A stretch of DNA of 16,743 bases from Clostridia bacterium (lineage in GTDB: Bacteria > Bacillota > Clostridia > RGIG6154). The stretch spans positions 1 to 16,743 of the forward strand of contig JAZNOU010000009.1 in assembly GCA_045589295.1 (NCBI GenBank). The letters run 5' to 3'. Within the stretch, counting starts at the first letter, position 1. Each line of letters starts with the position of its first letter. Position numbers and translations under genes: made by a program. A model generated the notes under the pieces. That model was not told the DNA's origin. It saw nothing but the letters and a program-made list of their open reading frames with translations, and made no database searches. This document shows, piece by piece, positions 1 through 8,545 of this stretch.

Positions 1-297
1 GTGAATGTTGAAAACATTATGCCTGTCTTTATGGGAGTTTTATTTTTAGTTCTCGGTTTTATTCTCCCAAAATGCAAACAGAATTACACAATAGGAATCA
101 AACTCCCATGGACATTACACGATGAAGAAAATTGGGATAAGACACACAAACTTGCAGGAAAGATTTGGATAGCAGGCGGTATTATAATGACGATAGCAGG
201 ACTATTTAATTTAACATTTCTGTTTATGGCAATAATCTTTGCACTTGTTATTATTCCGACTGTGTATTCGTTTCTGATATACAAAAATAAAAAATAA
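1..297 (+). CDS. SdpI/YhfL-family membrane immunity protein, C-terminal part (5' end outside window)
   Basis: Motif LPKCKQNYTIGIKLPWTLHDEENWDKTHKLAGKIW between hydrophobic TM segments is typical of SdpI-family proteins; the ORF is open at the window edge. Confidence 0.85.
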   Translation: MNVENIMPVFMGVLFLVLGFILPKCKQNYTIGIKLPWTLHDEENWDKTHKLAGKIWIAGGIIMTIAGLFNLTFLFMAIIFALVIIPTVYSFLIYKNKK

Positions 298-333
298 ATT
301 TTTAAAAAGCATTATATTCTATATGGATAAAAA

Positions 334-354
334 GGCACGGATTTTCTCCGTGCC
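334..354. terminator. Hairpin / probable intrinsic terminator
   Basis: GGCACGGA-ttttc-TCCGTGCC perfect 8 bp stem, preceded by AAAAA (U-tract on the minus strand), just downstream of the sdpI-like stop. Confidence 0.55.
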
Positions 355-607
355 GTAACTTTTAAATGTGTTATACAGTAACCAAAGGAAAGCCAAATTG
401 TATTTGGGGAAATGATATCTGCAAGAATTAAAAATATTTTTGCAGAATTGCTCTCTATAGCAGAAATTGACAGAATTGGCGAAATCAAGTGATGCTAAAA
501 TGATGATGTAGCAGACGGAACGCTCCGAAACAGATGCAACCGTATGCGAAATTGATGCTTGTGTTAAGCGGAATGAGTCAATATTATAAGAAATAAAAAG
601 CATAAGA

Positions 608-640
608 AAAACGGCTTAAACGCAATGTTTAAGCCGTTTT
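608..640 (-). terminator. Intrinsic terminator downstream of tRNA-Trp
   Basis: AAAACGGCTTAAAC-gcaat-GTTTAAGCCGTTTT 14 bp inverted repeat, 5 nt past the tRNA CCA end, followed by T-rich sequence on the minus strand. Confidence 0.75.
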
Positions 641-645
641 ATACG

Positions 646-721
646 TGGCAGGGGCAGAAGGACTTGAACCCTCGGCACGCGGTTTTGGAGACCGCTGCTC
701 TACCAACTGAGCTATACCCCT
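646..721 (-). tRNA. tRNA-Trp (anticodon CCA)
   Basis: Reverse complement AGGGGTATAGCTCAGTTGGTAGAGCAGCGGTCT-CCA-AAACCGCGTGCCGAGGGTTCAAGTCCTTCTGCCCCTGCCA: 76 nt cloverleaf with D-loop, TTCAA T-loop and encoded CCA end. Confidence 0.97.
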
Positions 722-754
722 ATATTAATCTTTCAAAATTTTAAAAATATCTTC

Positions 755-785
755 AAAGCTACCTTTTTACATAAAAGGTAGCTTT
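755..785. terminator. Hairpin between rpsT and tRNA-Trp
   Basis: AAAGCTACCTTTT-tacat-AAAAGGTAGCTTT 13 bp inverted repeat, 17 nt after the rpsT stop. Confidence 0.65.
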
Positions 786-802
786 TATGAACATTTTATC
801 AA

Positions 803-1069
803 TTAAGCACCTAAGGTGTTGAATTTTAAAGTAAGCTGAGATTTCTTTCTTGAAGCTGTATTCTTCTTGTAGATGCCTTTTGCAACAGCCTGGTCAATTT
901 TCTTAACAGTTGCTCTGTATAATTCCTGGCTTAATTCCTTATCGCCCTTAGTAACAGCTGCATCAAACTTCTTGATAAAAGTTTTGATATTTGTTTTGAT
1001 TACCTGGTTACGAAGTGTTTTTGTAGCGGCAACCTTAACTCTTTTCTTTGCAGATTTAATATTTGGCAT
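803..1069 (-). CDS. rpsT: 30S ribosomal protein S20
   Basis: MPNIKSAKKRVK...LRN...IDQAVAKGIYKKNTASRKKSQL signature; true start is ATG 1069, preceded by GGAGGTG RBS. Confidence 0.97.
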   Translation of the reverse strand: MPNIKSAKKRVKVAATKTLRNQVIKTNIKTFIKKFDAAVTKGDKELSQELYRATVKKIDQAVAKGIYKKNTASRKKSQLTLKFNTLGA

Positions 1070-1102
1070 ATTTTCACCTCCATTTTTCATCAAGCGAACT
1101 AT

Positions 1103-1131
1103 ATTGTATCATTTTTTTTAACAAAAATCAA
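1103..1131 (-). promoter_or_regulatory. SigA-type promoter of rpsT
   Basis: TTGATT-17 nt-TACAAT with a TG extended -10 on the minus strand. Confidence 0.65.
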
Positions 1132-1179
1132 TAGTTTATTTAAAATTTTTTAATTTTTTTTTACTTTTTTAACCAAAAT

Positions 1180-2055
1180 CTATCCTCTTGGGTGATATTT
1201 AGAGTAAACTTCCTTTAATTTGCTGCTTTTTAAGTTCTCATAAAACTTTGTTGACGCCATTGCAGAATGCCCCATAAACTCCTGCAGCAACTTTATATCC
1301 ACTCCATTTTCAAGCAGATGAGTCGCAAATGAGTGCCTTAAAATTTTAGGGCTTATCTCCTTTTCAATACCTGCACTTTTTTTGTACTGTCTAATTATTT
1401 TCCAAAATCCCTGTCTTGTAAGAGGTTTGCCGTAGATGTTTACAAACAGGTATTCACTCTGCTCTTTTAATCCATTATGAAATGGTGAAACCTCCAGATA
1501 TTTTTGAAGCGCTGTTTTTGCGAGCGTCCCAAACGGCAAAGCTCTTCTGTCTGAACCCTCGCACCTTAAAATTTCTTTTTCCGGCTCAATGTCATCTACC
1601 TTGATTTCAACAAGTTCTGAAACTCTTATTCCCGTCGCATATAAAAGTTCAAGCATTGCTTTATCACGCACGTTTTTGAAGTCGTCACCATCAGGCTGTG
1701 ACAAAAGTCTGTCAACTTCTTTTATCGTAAGTATTTCAGGAAGCTGTCTTTCCGACTTTGGTGAAGAAATTCCACTTGTTGGATTTCTTTTCATTCTCTC
1801 TGTAACATTTAAATATTTATAAAAGCCCCTGATTGACGCTAAATTTCTTGATATCGTCTGTGCGCTCTTTCCCTCTCTTTGCAAAAGAGAAAGATATGCC
1901 ACAACAGTTGCTTTTCTAACTTTTAATGCAGTAGAGTTGTTAGCTTTAAGATATTCCAAATAGCCGTACAGATCATGCTTGTACGACATAAGTGTATTAT
2001 ATGAAAGCTTTCGCTTATTTTCCAAATAACCTAAATATGTATCAATCAATTCCAT
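1180..2055 (-). CDS. xerD: XerD-like site-specific tyrosine recombinase (atypical catalytic motifs)
   Basis: N-terminal SAM-like domain (LSYNTLMSYKHDL), RDKAMLELLYATGIRVSEL, LTRQGFWKII, LRHSFATHLLENG, GH..STKFY; conserved spoIIM-xerD adjacency. Confidence 0.85.
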   Translation of the reverse strand: MELIDTYLGYLENKRKLSYNTLMSYKHDLYGYLEYLKANNSTALKVRKATVVAYLSLLQREGKSAQTISRNLASIRGFYKYLNVTERMKRNPTSGISSPKSERQLPEILTIKEVDRLLSQPDGDDFKNVRDKAMLELLYATGIRVSELVEIKVDDIEPEKEILRCEGSDRRALPFGTLAKTALQKYLEVSPFHNGLKEQSEYLFVNIYGKPLTRQGFWKIIRQYKKSAGIEKEISPKILRHSFATHLLENGVDIKLLQEFMGHSAMASTKFYENLKSSKLKEVYSKYHPRG

Positions 2056-2073
2056 TTTACTGCCTCTTTAATC

Positions 2074-2103
2074 ATTATACAGATATTTTACAACAAATAT
2101 CAA
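2074..2103 (-). promoter_or_regulatory. Putative SigA promoter of xerD
   Basis: TTGATA-18 nt-TATAAT on the minus strand, just upstream of an AGAGG RBS. Confidence 0.5.
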
Positions 2104-2122
2104 CTTTTGTAAATAGTTTGAA

Positions 2123-2692
2123 TCATGTAATATTTACCTTCAACAGTGTTTCTGCCAAGCCACCTAAAAATGCTGCTACAAGTGACAGCATAAAGCAAAT
2201 TGCAAGTTTCAAAACAAATTTTTGACCTTTTCCGGTTTGCTTGTTAAAAACAATGGTCTTGCACACAGAAAGCGAGCACTCAAGACTAGCCTGTGAAAGC
2301 AACACTGTCCCAAGCACAGTACAAGCTATATAAGGAATAACGCTTATTACTGCAACAAACTTATTTGCACTTTCCAAAGCCATTATCGAGTAAACTGCTG
2401 CAGAAATATACGCACCCTTTGAATACAAAAGATATATAATAACAGGAACTCCTACACTATTGAGCCCCCAAACTGCAATCCACGTAAAATATTTCATATT
2501 TTCAAGGAAAGATGTAATAATTATTTGATTTTTGTCCGCTTCTATGTGCTGAAAAATTTGTATGTTTTCTGCTCGCAAGGCGCCGAATGAACCTGATATT
2601 ACCCCGGCACAAATTGATGTGAAAACCACAAAAAACATATATCTGTTACGTTTAAAATAATGAGTAGCTTTCCTTTTAAAAATCAAAAACAC
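2123..2692 (-). CDS. spoIIM: Stage II sporulation protein M-like membrane protein
   Basis: Multi-TM 189 aa protein with SFLENMKY..IAVWGL..VGVPVIIYLLYSKG and terminal GLAE, resembling SpoIIM; located directly upstream of xerD as in other Firmicutes. Start uncertain (GTG 2692 or TTG 2686). Confidence 0.65.
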   Translation of the reverse strand: MFLIFKRKATHYFKRNRYMFFVVFTSICAGVISGSFGALRAENIQIFQHIEADKNQIIITSFLENMKYFTWIAVWGLNSVGVPVIIYLLYSKGAYISAAVYSIMALESANKFVAVISVIPYIACTVLGTVLLSQASLECSLSVCKTIVFNKQTGKGQKFVLKLAICFMLSLVAAFLGGLAETLLKVNIT

Positions 2693-2737
2693 CTCTTTTC
2701 ACACTTCTTTTTGAAAGTATATGTGAAAAAGGTGTTT
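2687..2737 (-). terminator. Long hairpin after proC overlapping the spoIIM RBS/start, with a SigE-like -10 in the loop
   Basis: Arms 2687-2703 and 2722-2737 pair over 16 bp with one bulge, followed on the minus strand by TTGATTTTT; CATATACT at 2723-2716. Confidence 0.55.
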
Positions 2738-2741
2738 CAAA

Positions 2742-3521
2742 TTACATATTTTTACTCATAGAAATTGCTTTATTAGTACAAGCTTTCATTGCTTCAATAA
2801 TAGCATCTTTAAACCCAAGCTCAGAAAGTTTATTCATTGCCTCTATAGTTGTTCCGCCCGGCGAACAAACATTATCAATAAGTTTTTCTGGGTGAACATC
2901 GGTTTGTAAAACCATTAGTGCACTTCCCACAACAGTTTGTGCTGCAATTTCAAGTGCCTTATCTTTTGGTATCCCAAGCACAGCTGCACCATCTGCAATA
3001 TCGTTAATAAGCTCATATACAAACGCAGGACTACTTCCTGAAAGTGCTACTCCTGCATCCATTTGACTTTCGTCTAAAAAATACACGCTTCCGCAGGTTG
3101 AAAGAAGTTTTTCAACATCTTCATTCTCTTCTTTTGTGCCCGCTACCAAAAACACACCCTTACCTATAAGTGCAGGAGTGTTTGGCATCGTTCGTACAAT
3201 CCTGGCATCCCCAATCATTTCCTTCATTTTGTCTATAGTAATTCCTGGGGCTACTGTAATAACTGTTTTTTTATATCCTGCTTGTTTTAATTCAACGCAC
3301 ACCGCTTTATAAATAGCAGGTTTTACTGTTAAAACAACTGCATCAACATTCACTGAAAGCTCCGCAATTGAGGTGCAAACCCTTGCACCCTCAACCTCAA
3401 ATCCTTTGGCACTTTCGGTATTTAAGTCAAAAACGAAAACATTGTAGTTACCCGCCTTTAAAATACCGCTTATGAGTGCACCACCCATATTCCCCGTACC
3501 TATAAAGCCAATATTTTTCAT
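2742..3521 (-). CDS. proC: Pyrroline-5-carboxylate reductase
   Basis: IGFIGTGNMG Rossmann motif, RTMPNTPA, SGSSPAF and VCSPGGTTIE signature. Confidence 0.96.
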   Translation of the reverse strand: MKNIGFIGTGNMGGALISGILKAGNYNVFVFDLNTESAKGFEVEGARVCTSIAELSVNVDAVVLTVKPAIYKAVCVELKQAGYKKTVITVAPGITIDKMKEMIGDARIVRTMPNTPALIGKGVFLVAGTKEENEDVEKLLSTCGSVYFLDESQMDAGVALSGSSPAFVYELINDIADGAAVLGIPKDKALEIAAQTVVGSALMVLQTDVHPEKLIDNVCSPGGTTIEAMNKLSELGFKDAIIEAMKACTNKAISMSKNM

Positions 3522-3530
3522 AAAACCACC

Positions 3531-4715
3531 TTACTGATTTAAGAACTTTTCAAGTCTGTCAAGGCCTTCTTTGATGTTTTCCATAGAAGTTGCATAAGAC
3601 CATCTTAAATACTTATCAGCACCAAAACCGCTACCTGGTACCAAAGCAACCTTTGCATTTGTAAGAAAAGCCTCTGCAAACGCATCAGAACCTGTAATAA
3701 CTGTTCCTGCAATAGTTTTCCCGATAAGTTTTTCAATGTTCATCATAATATAGAACGCACCCTGTGGCATTGTGCAAGAAACACCTTCAATAGAGTTAAT
3801 TCTGTTTGCCATATAATCACGACGCTCTTTAAACACAAGACGCATTTCTTCAACTTCATCCTGAGGACCTGTTAATGCTGCAAGTGTCGCTGCCTGAGCG
3901 ATAGAGTTAGGGTTTGATGCAGCATGTGACTGAACATTTGCCATAATCTTTGCAATTTTGTCGTTTGCTACTGCAAAACCGATTCTCCAACCTGTCATAG
4001 CATAACTTTTCGACACGCCGTTAATTGTTATTGTAAGGTCTTTGATTTCATCATTAAATGATGCAATGCTGATATGCTTACCTTCATAGATAAGTTTTTC
4101 ATAAATTTCATCAGCAATAACAAAAATTTTGTGTTTAACACAAACATCAGCGATAGCTCTTAATTCTTCTTCAGTATACACCATACCTGTTGGGTTTGAT
4201 GGACTGTTTAAAACAAGTGCTTTTGTTTTAGGGTTAATAGCTTCTTCCAAATCTTTTGCGCTGAATTTAAAGCCATTTTCTTCTGTTGTGTTTAAAATAA
4301 TAGGTGTACCATCTGCCATTTTAACCATTTCAGGATAACTTACCCAAAAAGGTGCAGGAACGATTACTTCATCACCAGGATTTAAAATTGCAGAAAATGC
4401 GTTTACCAAAGAATGTTTAGCACCATTTGAAATAACAACATTTTTAGCTTCATAATCAAGACCATTGTCTTTTTTGAATTTTGCAGCTACTGCCTTTTTA
4501 AGTTCAAGTGTACCTGATGCAGGTGTATATTTTGTAAATCCATCATTAATTGCTTTGATAGCAGCATCTTTAATATACTGAGGTGTATCAAAATCAGGTT
4601 CTCCGCAACCGAAACCAACAACATCTTCACCATTTGCTTTCATTTCTTTAAATTTAGCATCTATTGCAAGTGTCGGTGAAGGCGCTATTGCCATATTTTT
4701 TACTGATAAATCCAT
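3531..4715 (-). CDS. PLP-dependent class I aminotransferase (aspartate aminotransferase, AspB/AspC-like)
   Basis: GEPDFDTP, KYTPASG, NSPSNPTG, DEIYEKL, SKSYAMTGWRIG (PLP lysine) and PQGAFY motifs. Confidence 0.93.
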   Translation of the reverse strand: MDLSVKNMAIAPSPTLAIDAKFKEMKANGEDVVGFGCGEPDFDTPQYIKDAAIKAINDGFTKYTPASGTLELKKAVAAKFKKDNGLDYEAKNVVISNGAKHSLVNAFSAILNPGDEVIVPAPFWVSYPEMVKMADGTPIILNTTEENGFKFSAKDLEEAINPKTKALVLNSPSNPTGMVYTEEELRAIADVCVKHKIFVIADEIYEKLIYEGKHISIASFNDEIKDLTITINGVSKSYAMTGWRIGFAVANDKIAKIMANVQSHAASNPNSIAQAATLAALTGPQDEVEEMRLVFKERRDYMANRINSIEGVSCTMPQGAFYIMMNIEKLIGKTIAGTVITGSDAFAEAFLTNAKVALVPGSGFGADKYLRWSYATSMENIKEGLDRLEKFLNQ

Positions 4716-4755
4716 AATAAAATTCTCCTTTTTTATATTTCAAATTATGTACTAT

Positions 4756-4784
4756 ATTTTATTACAACTTTCATAAAAACGCAA
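4756..4784 (-). promoter_or_regulatory. SigA-type promoter of the aminotransferase-proC operon
   Basis: TTGCGT-17 nt-TAAAAT on the minus strand; AAGGAG RBS upstream of 4715. Confidence 0.6.
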
Positions 4785-4806
4785 GTTCTTTTTGTAAAAA
4801 ATTTCA

Positions 4807-5730
4807 TTAAAAAGTACTTTTTATATAATTTTTCACGTTTTCCCCCATGATTTTTGCAATTATCGCATCAGAATAATTTAATTTTGCAAGTTCACTTGCA
4901 ATTTTATCCACATCATTTATTCCAGTCATTCCTTTAGGGAGCGCATCTACTCCGTCAAAATCCCCACCAAGACACACTGCATTTTCTCCACCAAGCGCCA
5001 TAAAATGCTCAATATGTTTAATAACGCTTGAAATAGTTGCACTTCCGTTCGATTCTAAAAAATCAGGTACATAGTTTATTCCAACTAACCCATCACAATC
5101 TTTGATTGCAACAAACTGTTCATCAGATATATTTCTAAAAAAATCACAAACCGCTCTGGAATTAGAATGAGTTGCAACTATTGGTTTTTCCGAAATTTCT
5201 ATTGCGTCCCAAAAACCGGCATCAGAAAGATGTGAAACATCAACCGCCATGCCAACATTATTCATTTCCTTTACTACCGCTTTACCAAACTCTGTAAGCG
5301 GACCGCGATTACCCCAGGGCACATTACTCTCTCCAAGCTGATTTGTATGATTCCACGTAAGTGTCATAAATCTTACGCCAAGATTGTAAAAATACTTAAC
5401 TCTTTCAATCTTTCCGCCCAGTGCTTCTCCGCCTTCAATTCCAAGAATGGCAGAATTTTCACCTTCATTTATATTATTTTCAAAACTTTTCTTGTCGGTA
5501 ACAAGTTTTATATTGGTTTTCTCAAGTTGCTTTTTGAAATTCAGAATCATAGAGTTTACTCTGTCAAACGGATCATCAAACTTGTACTTATCCACATAAC
5601 TTGCAAACACCTGAACATAAGTATGCTCTCTTTTTAATTTATCTTCCGACCAATGACAGTTGTTGGCTGCAATCGTCTCGCCGTCAATTACTTTATCCGG
5701 CAAATCGCAGTGCAAATCACATATAAGCAT
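4807..5730 (-). CDS. Membrane dipeptidase family (peptidase M19)
   Basis: DLHCD, IEGG, TLTWN, DVSH, ATHSN, RNISDEQ and GGDFDG motifs of the renal-dipeptidase-like amidohydrolases. Confidence 0.92.
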   Translation of the reverse strand: MLICDLHCDLPDKVIDGETIAANNCHWSEDKLKREHTYVQVFASYVDKYKFDDPFDRVNSMILNFKKQLEKTNIKLVTDKKSFENNINEGENSAILGIEGGEALGGKIERVKYFYNLGVRFMTLTWNHTNQLGESNVPWGNRGPLTEFGKAVVKEMNNVGMAVDVSHLSDAGFWDAIEISEKPIVATHSNSRAVCDFFRNISDEQFVAIKDCDGLVGINYVPDFLESNGSATISSVIKHIEHFMALGGENAVCLGGDFDGVDALPKGMTGINDVDKIASELAKLNYSDAIIAKIMGENVKNYIKSTF

Positions 5731-5740
5731 ATATATCCCC

Positions 5741-6085
5741 CTAAAATGCGTTTTCTATATAATTTATCTGATTTTCGTTTATGTATACCTCTGCAACATC
5801 AAACCGCATATTATCCACTTTATGCTTTTGTGCATACAAAATTGCAGCTCGTTTGATTTTGTTTTGCTTTTTACTGTCAACCGCCTCTGCGCCAAATCCA
5901 AAGCTCTTATCTGTTCTTGTTTTTACCTCAACAAAAACTGTCACGTCGTCCTTTTTGACAATAATATCAATTTCTCCGCCATGATTTTTAAAGTTTCTTT
6001 TAATTATTTTATATTTTTGTTTTTTAAGATACCGGCAAACTTTCGTTTCGCCGGCATCTCCTTTTATCTTATTGAATATTTTCAT
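5741..6085 (-). CDS. yraN: YraN (UPF0102) family putative endonuclease
   Basis: G..GE..V..YL, RNF...GGEIDII, VFVEVKTR, RFDV and YIENAF; conserved position after rnhB. Confidence 0.93.
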   Translation of the reverse strand: MKIFNKIKGDAGETKVCRYLKKQKYKIIKRNFKNHGGEIDIIVKKDDVTVFVEVKTRTDKSFGFGAEAVDSKKQNKIKRAAILYAQKHKVDNMRFDVAEVYINENQINYIENAF

Positions 6086-6678
6086 TTTTCTAATATTTTT
6101 TTCAAAAACGTTCTTCTGTGAATAGGCGAAATGCCATACTTTTCTATCATCTCATAGTGAAGCTTTGTACCATAACCTTTGTGCTGTTCAAATAAATACT
6201 CAGGAAATTCCCTTGCCATTTCAAGCATAAATCTGTCCCTTGAAACCTTGGCGAGTATTGATGCCGCACCAATGCAGTTGCATTTAAGGTCACCCTTTAC
6301 CACACATTCGTGAGGTATAGTCATACCTGAAATTGCGTTTCCGTCAATTAAAACGTAATCAGGCTTTTGTGAAAGCCCATTAACCGCTTCATTCATAGTC
6401 TTAAATGTTGCATTCCTGATATTGATTTCGTCAATAATTTTTTCATCAACAGCGGCTATCGAAAAAGCTACTGCTTCTTCTTTTATTTTTTCAAAAAGAT
6501 AGTCTCTTTTTTTCTCACTTATTTTTTTAGAATCAGTCACTTCTTCAATAAACTGACCATTTTTCAAAACTACTGCAGCAGCAAAAACAGGTCCAGCCAA
6601 CGGTCCCCTTCCCGCCTCGTCGACACCGGCAAGATAGTTAATTCCGTTTTTATATAATTCATTTTCTATTTCAAACAT
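6082..6678 (-). CDS. rnhB: Ribonuclease HII
   Basis: AGVDEAGRGPLAGPV, DSKK, LIDGN, AASILAKVSRD, HKGYGT, HRRTF; probable start ATG 6678 overlapping the rbgA end. Confidence 0.96.
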   Translation of the reverse strand: MFEIENELYKNGINYLAGVDEAGRGPLAGPVFAAAVVLKNGQFIEEVTDSKKISEKKRDYLFEKIKEEAVAFSIAAVDEKIIDEINIRNATFKTMNEAVNGLSQKPDYVLIDGNAISGMTIPHECVVKGDLKCNCIGAASILAKVSRDRFMLEMAREFPEYLFEQHKGYGTKLHYEMIEKYGISPIHRRTFLKKILEK

Positions 6679-7528
6679 TATTCTCACCCGGAAACTCCAA
6701 CGATATATTACCAAGCTTTGACGCTCTGAATTCGTCCAACAGAATATTGGACGCCCTGACAGTGTCTACACCACCGCCACTTATAACACAGCCTCTTTTT
6801 CTGCCTAAATCCTCTAAAACATCATAAGGATGTTTGTCAAAATCAGAAAGCCCATATCTATCTGTTAATGCAGACGGATATTTATTAAGCAAAAATTCAA
6901 CAAGATGTACTGCAAGCTCTTCAACATCCATAATTTCGTCCTTAATAGCACCAGAAAACGCAAGTTTAAGCCCAACACTTTCATCTTCAAACTTTGGCCA
7001 CAAAATCCCTGGAGTATCTAAAAGTTGGAACCCATTTTTTGCTGAAATCCATTGTTTTGACTTTGTAACACCGGGACGGTCACCCGTCTTTGTACTTGCT
7101 CTACCCGAAAGCTTATTAATTAATGTCGACTTTCCAACATTTGGTATTCCCACAATCATAACTTTAATGCCGCCACCGGTAATGCCTCTTGCTTTTTTTG
7201 CCTCAAGTTTTTCGCTTAACATATTTTTTGTCTCTTTTTCCAAAACATCAAGCCCGATGTTTTTTGGACAAGATACCAATACCGCCTTTATTCCCTGCCC
7301 TTTAAAATAATCAAGCCAAAACTGACTGGCGTTACTATCGGCAAGGTCGGATTTATTTAAAATAACAATTCTCGGCTTTTGGTTTAAAATTTTATCAATT
7401 TCAGGATTTCTGCTTGAAAGCGGAAGACGTGCATCAACAAGCTCGTAAACAACATCTACAAGCTTTAAGTCCTCAGTTATTTGCTTTCTTGTTTTGGTCA
7501 TATGACCCGGAAACCACTGTATATTCAT
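6671..7528 (-). CDS. rbgA: Ribosome biogenesis GTPase RbgA/YlqF
   Basis: IQWFPGHM, DARLPLSSRNP, NKSD, GIPNVGKSTLIN, PGVTK and LLDTPGILWP (circularly permuted GTPase); ATG 7528 overlaps the lepB TGA. Confidence 0.97.
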   Translation of the reverse strand: MNIQWFPGHMTKTRKQITEDLKLVDVVYELVDARLPLSSRNPEIDKILNQKPRIVILNKSDLADSNASQFWLDYFKGQGIKAVLVSCPKNIGLDVLEKETKNMLSEKLEAKKARGITGGGIKVMIVGIPNVGKSTLINKLSGRASTKTGDRPGVTKSKQWISAKNGFQLLDTPGILWPKFEDESVGLKLAFSGAIKDEIMDVEELAVHLVEFLLNKYPSALTDRYGLSDFDKHPYDVLEDLGRKRGCVISGGGVDTVRASNILLDEFRASKLGNISLEFPGENNV

Positions 7529-8109
7529 CAAAACACCTTCACATCAGAAAACGGCAAAAATCTTAATACCGCTTTTCCTAAAATATCATCATAATCAACG
7601 CAGGCAACATCGTTAAATCTTGAATCCCTGCTGTTGTTTCTGTTGTCACCTAAAACAAAAACCTCATCTTCTCCAACAGTTACAGGAAAATTAACATTGC
7701 CTCTTAATTTTGTAGGCTCGTTGATATAATCTTCTTCTAAAGCCACTCCGTCAACATAAACGGTAGAGGTTTCAAAATCAATATCAACAGTCTGCCCTTC
7801 GTTTGCAATAACTCTTTTAATGTATGGATTATGTCCTGCCTGATGCAAAACTATTATATCACCATTTTCGGGCTTGTAACCTAATCTCCAAACAATAAGC
7901 CTGTCGTTATGATTAAGTGTCGGAAGCATTGACTCTCCGTCAACACGCACAACCGTAAAAACAAAATTTCTTATAACCAGTGCAAGTACCACCGCAACTA
8001 AAATGGAAACAACCCATTCTAAAATTTCGCTTTTTGCAGATTTTTTCACAGGTTTTTCTTCTATTACTTCGTTATTTGTTTCATTATTAAATTCACTCAA
8101 AACAGTCAC
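7528..8109 (-). CDS. lepB: Signal peptidase I
   Basis: TM anchor followed by VDGESMLPTL (catalytic Ser), YIKRVIA (catalytic Lys) and GDNRNNSRDSR. Confidence 0.95.
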   Translation of the reverse strand: MTVLSEFNNETNNEVIEEKPVKKSAKSEILEWVVSILVAVVLALVIRNFVFTVVRVDGESMLPTLNHNDRLIVWRLGYKPENGDIIVLHQAGHNPYIKRVIANEGQTVDIDFETSTVYVDGVALEEDYINEPTKLRGNVNFPVTVGEDEVFVLGDNRNNSRDSRFNDVACVDYDDILGKAVLRFLPFSDVKVF

Positions 8110-8134
8110 CCCTTAATTATTTTTAAAAAAAATC

Positions 8135-8161
8135 GCCGAACATCATTAAGTGATGTTCGGC
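8135..8161 (-). terminator. Intrinsic terminator after rplS
   Basis: GCCGAACATCA-5 nt-TGATGTTCGGC 11 bp stem followed by a long T run on the minus strand. Confidence 0.75.
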
Positions 8162-8181
8162 TTTGGTTTGACATTTGTAAG

Positions 8182-8523
8182 TTAGATTCTTTCTTTAACT
8201 TTAGCCGCTTTACCCACTCTGTCTCTTAAGTAGTACAGCTTAGCACGACGAACTTTACCTTTTCTTACAACTTCGATTTTGTCGATGTTAGGTGAGTTAA
8301 CAGGGAAGATTTTTTCAACCCCAACGCCGTAAGATAAACGTCTTACTGTCATGGTCTGTGCGATACCTGAATGTTTTTTAGCAATGATGGTACCTTCGTA
8401 AACCTGAATTCTTTCTCTTGTGCCTTCTTTAACCTTGATATGAACTCTTACTGTATCACCGATAACAAGCTTAGGTAAGTCAGTTCTGATCTGGCTCTGT
8501 GCAACTGTGTCAACAATATTCAT
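8182..8523 (-). CDS. rplS: 50S ribosomal protein L19
   Basis: [36 protein letters not shown] and [12 protein letters not shown]. Confidence 0.98.
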   Translation of the reverse strand: MNIVDTVAQSQIRTDLPKLVIGDTVRVHIKVKEGTRERIQVYEGTIIAKKHSGIAQTMTVRRLSYGVGVEKIFPVNSPNIDKIEVVRKGKVRRAKLYYLRDRVGKAAKVKERI

Positions 8524-8545
8524 TTGACATTCTCCTCTCTGAATC

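Noticed and set aside
319-603. 94 aa minus-strand ORF
   Set aside because: No RBS or recognisable family, non-ATG start, and it runs through a terminator hairpin; probably spurious.
646-721. Possible stop-codon recoding linked to tRNA-Trp
   Set aside because: The anticodon is ordinary CCA, and TGA/TAG end conserved genes (lepB, rbgA, rnhB, xerD) at expected positions.
1180-2055. Tyrosine recombinase near a tRNA as a phage/ICE integrase
   Set aside because: It is XerD-sized with no arm-binding domain, lies in the conserved spoIIM context, and is separated from the tRNA by rpsT.
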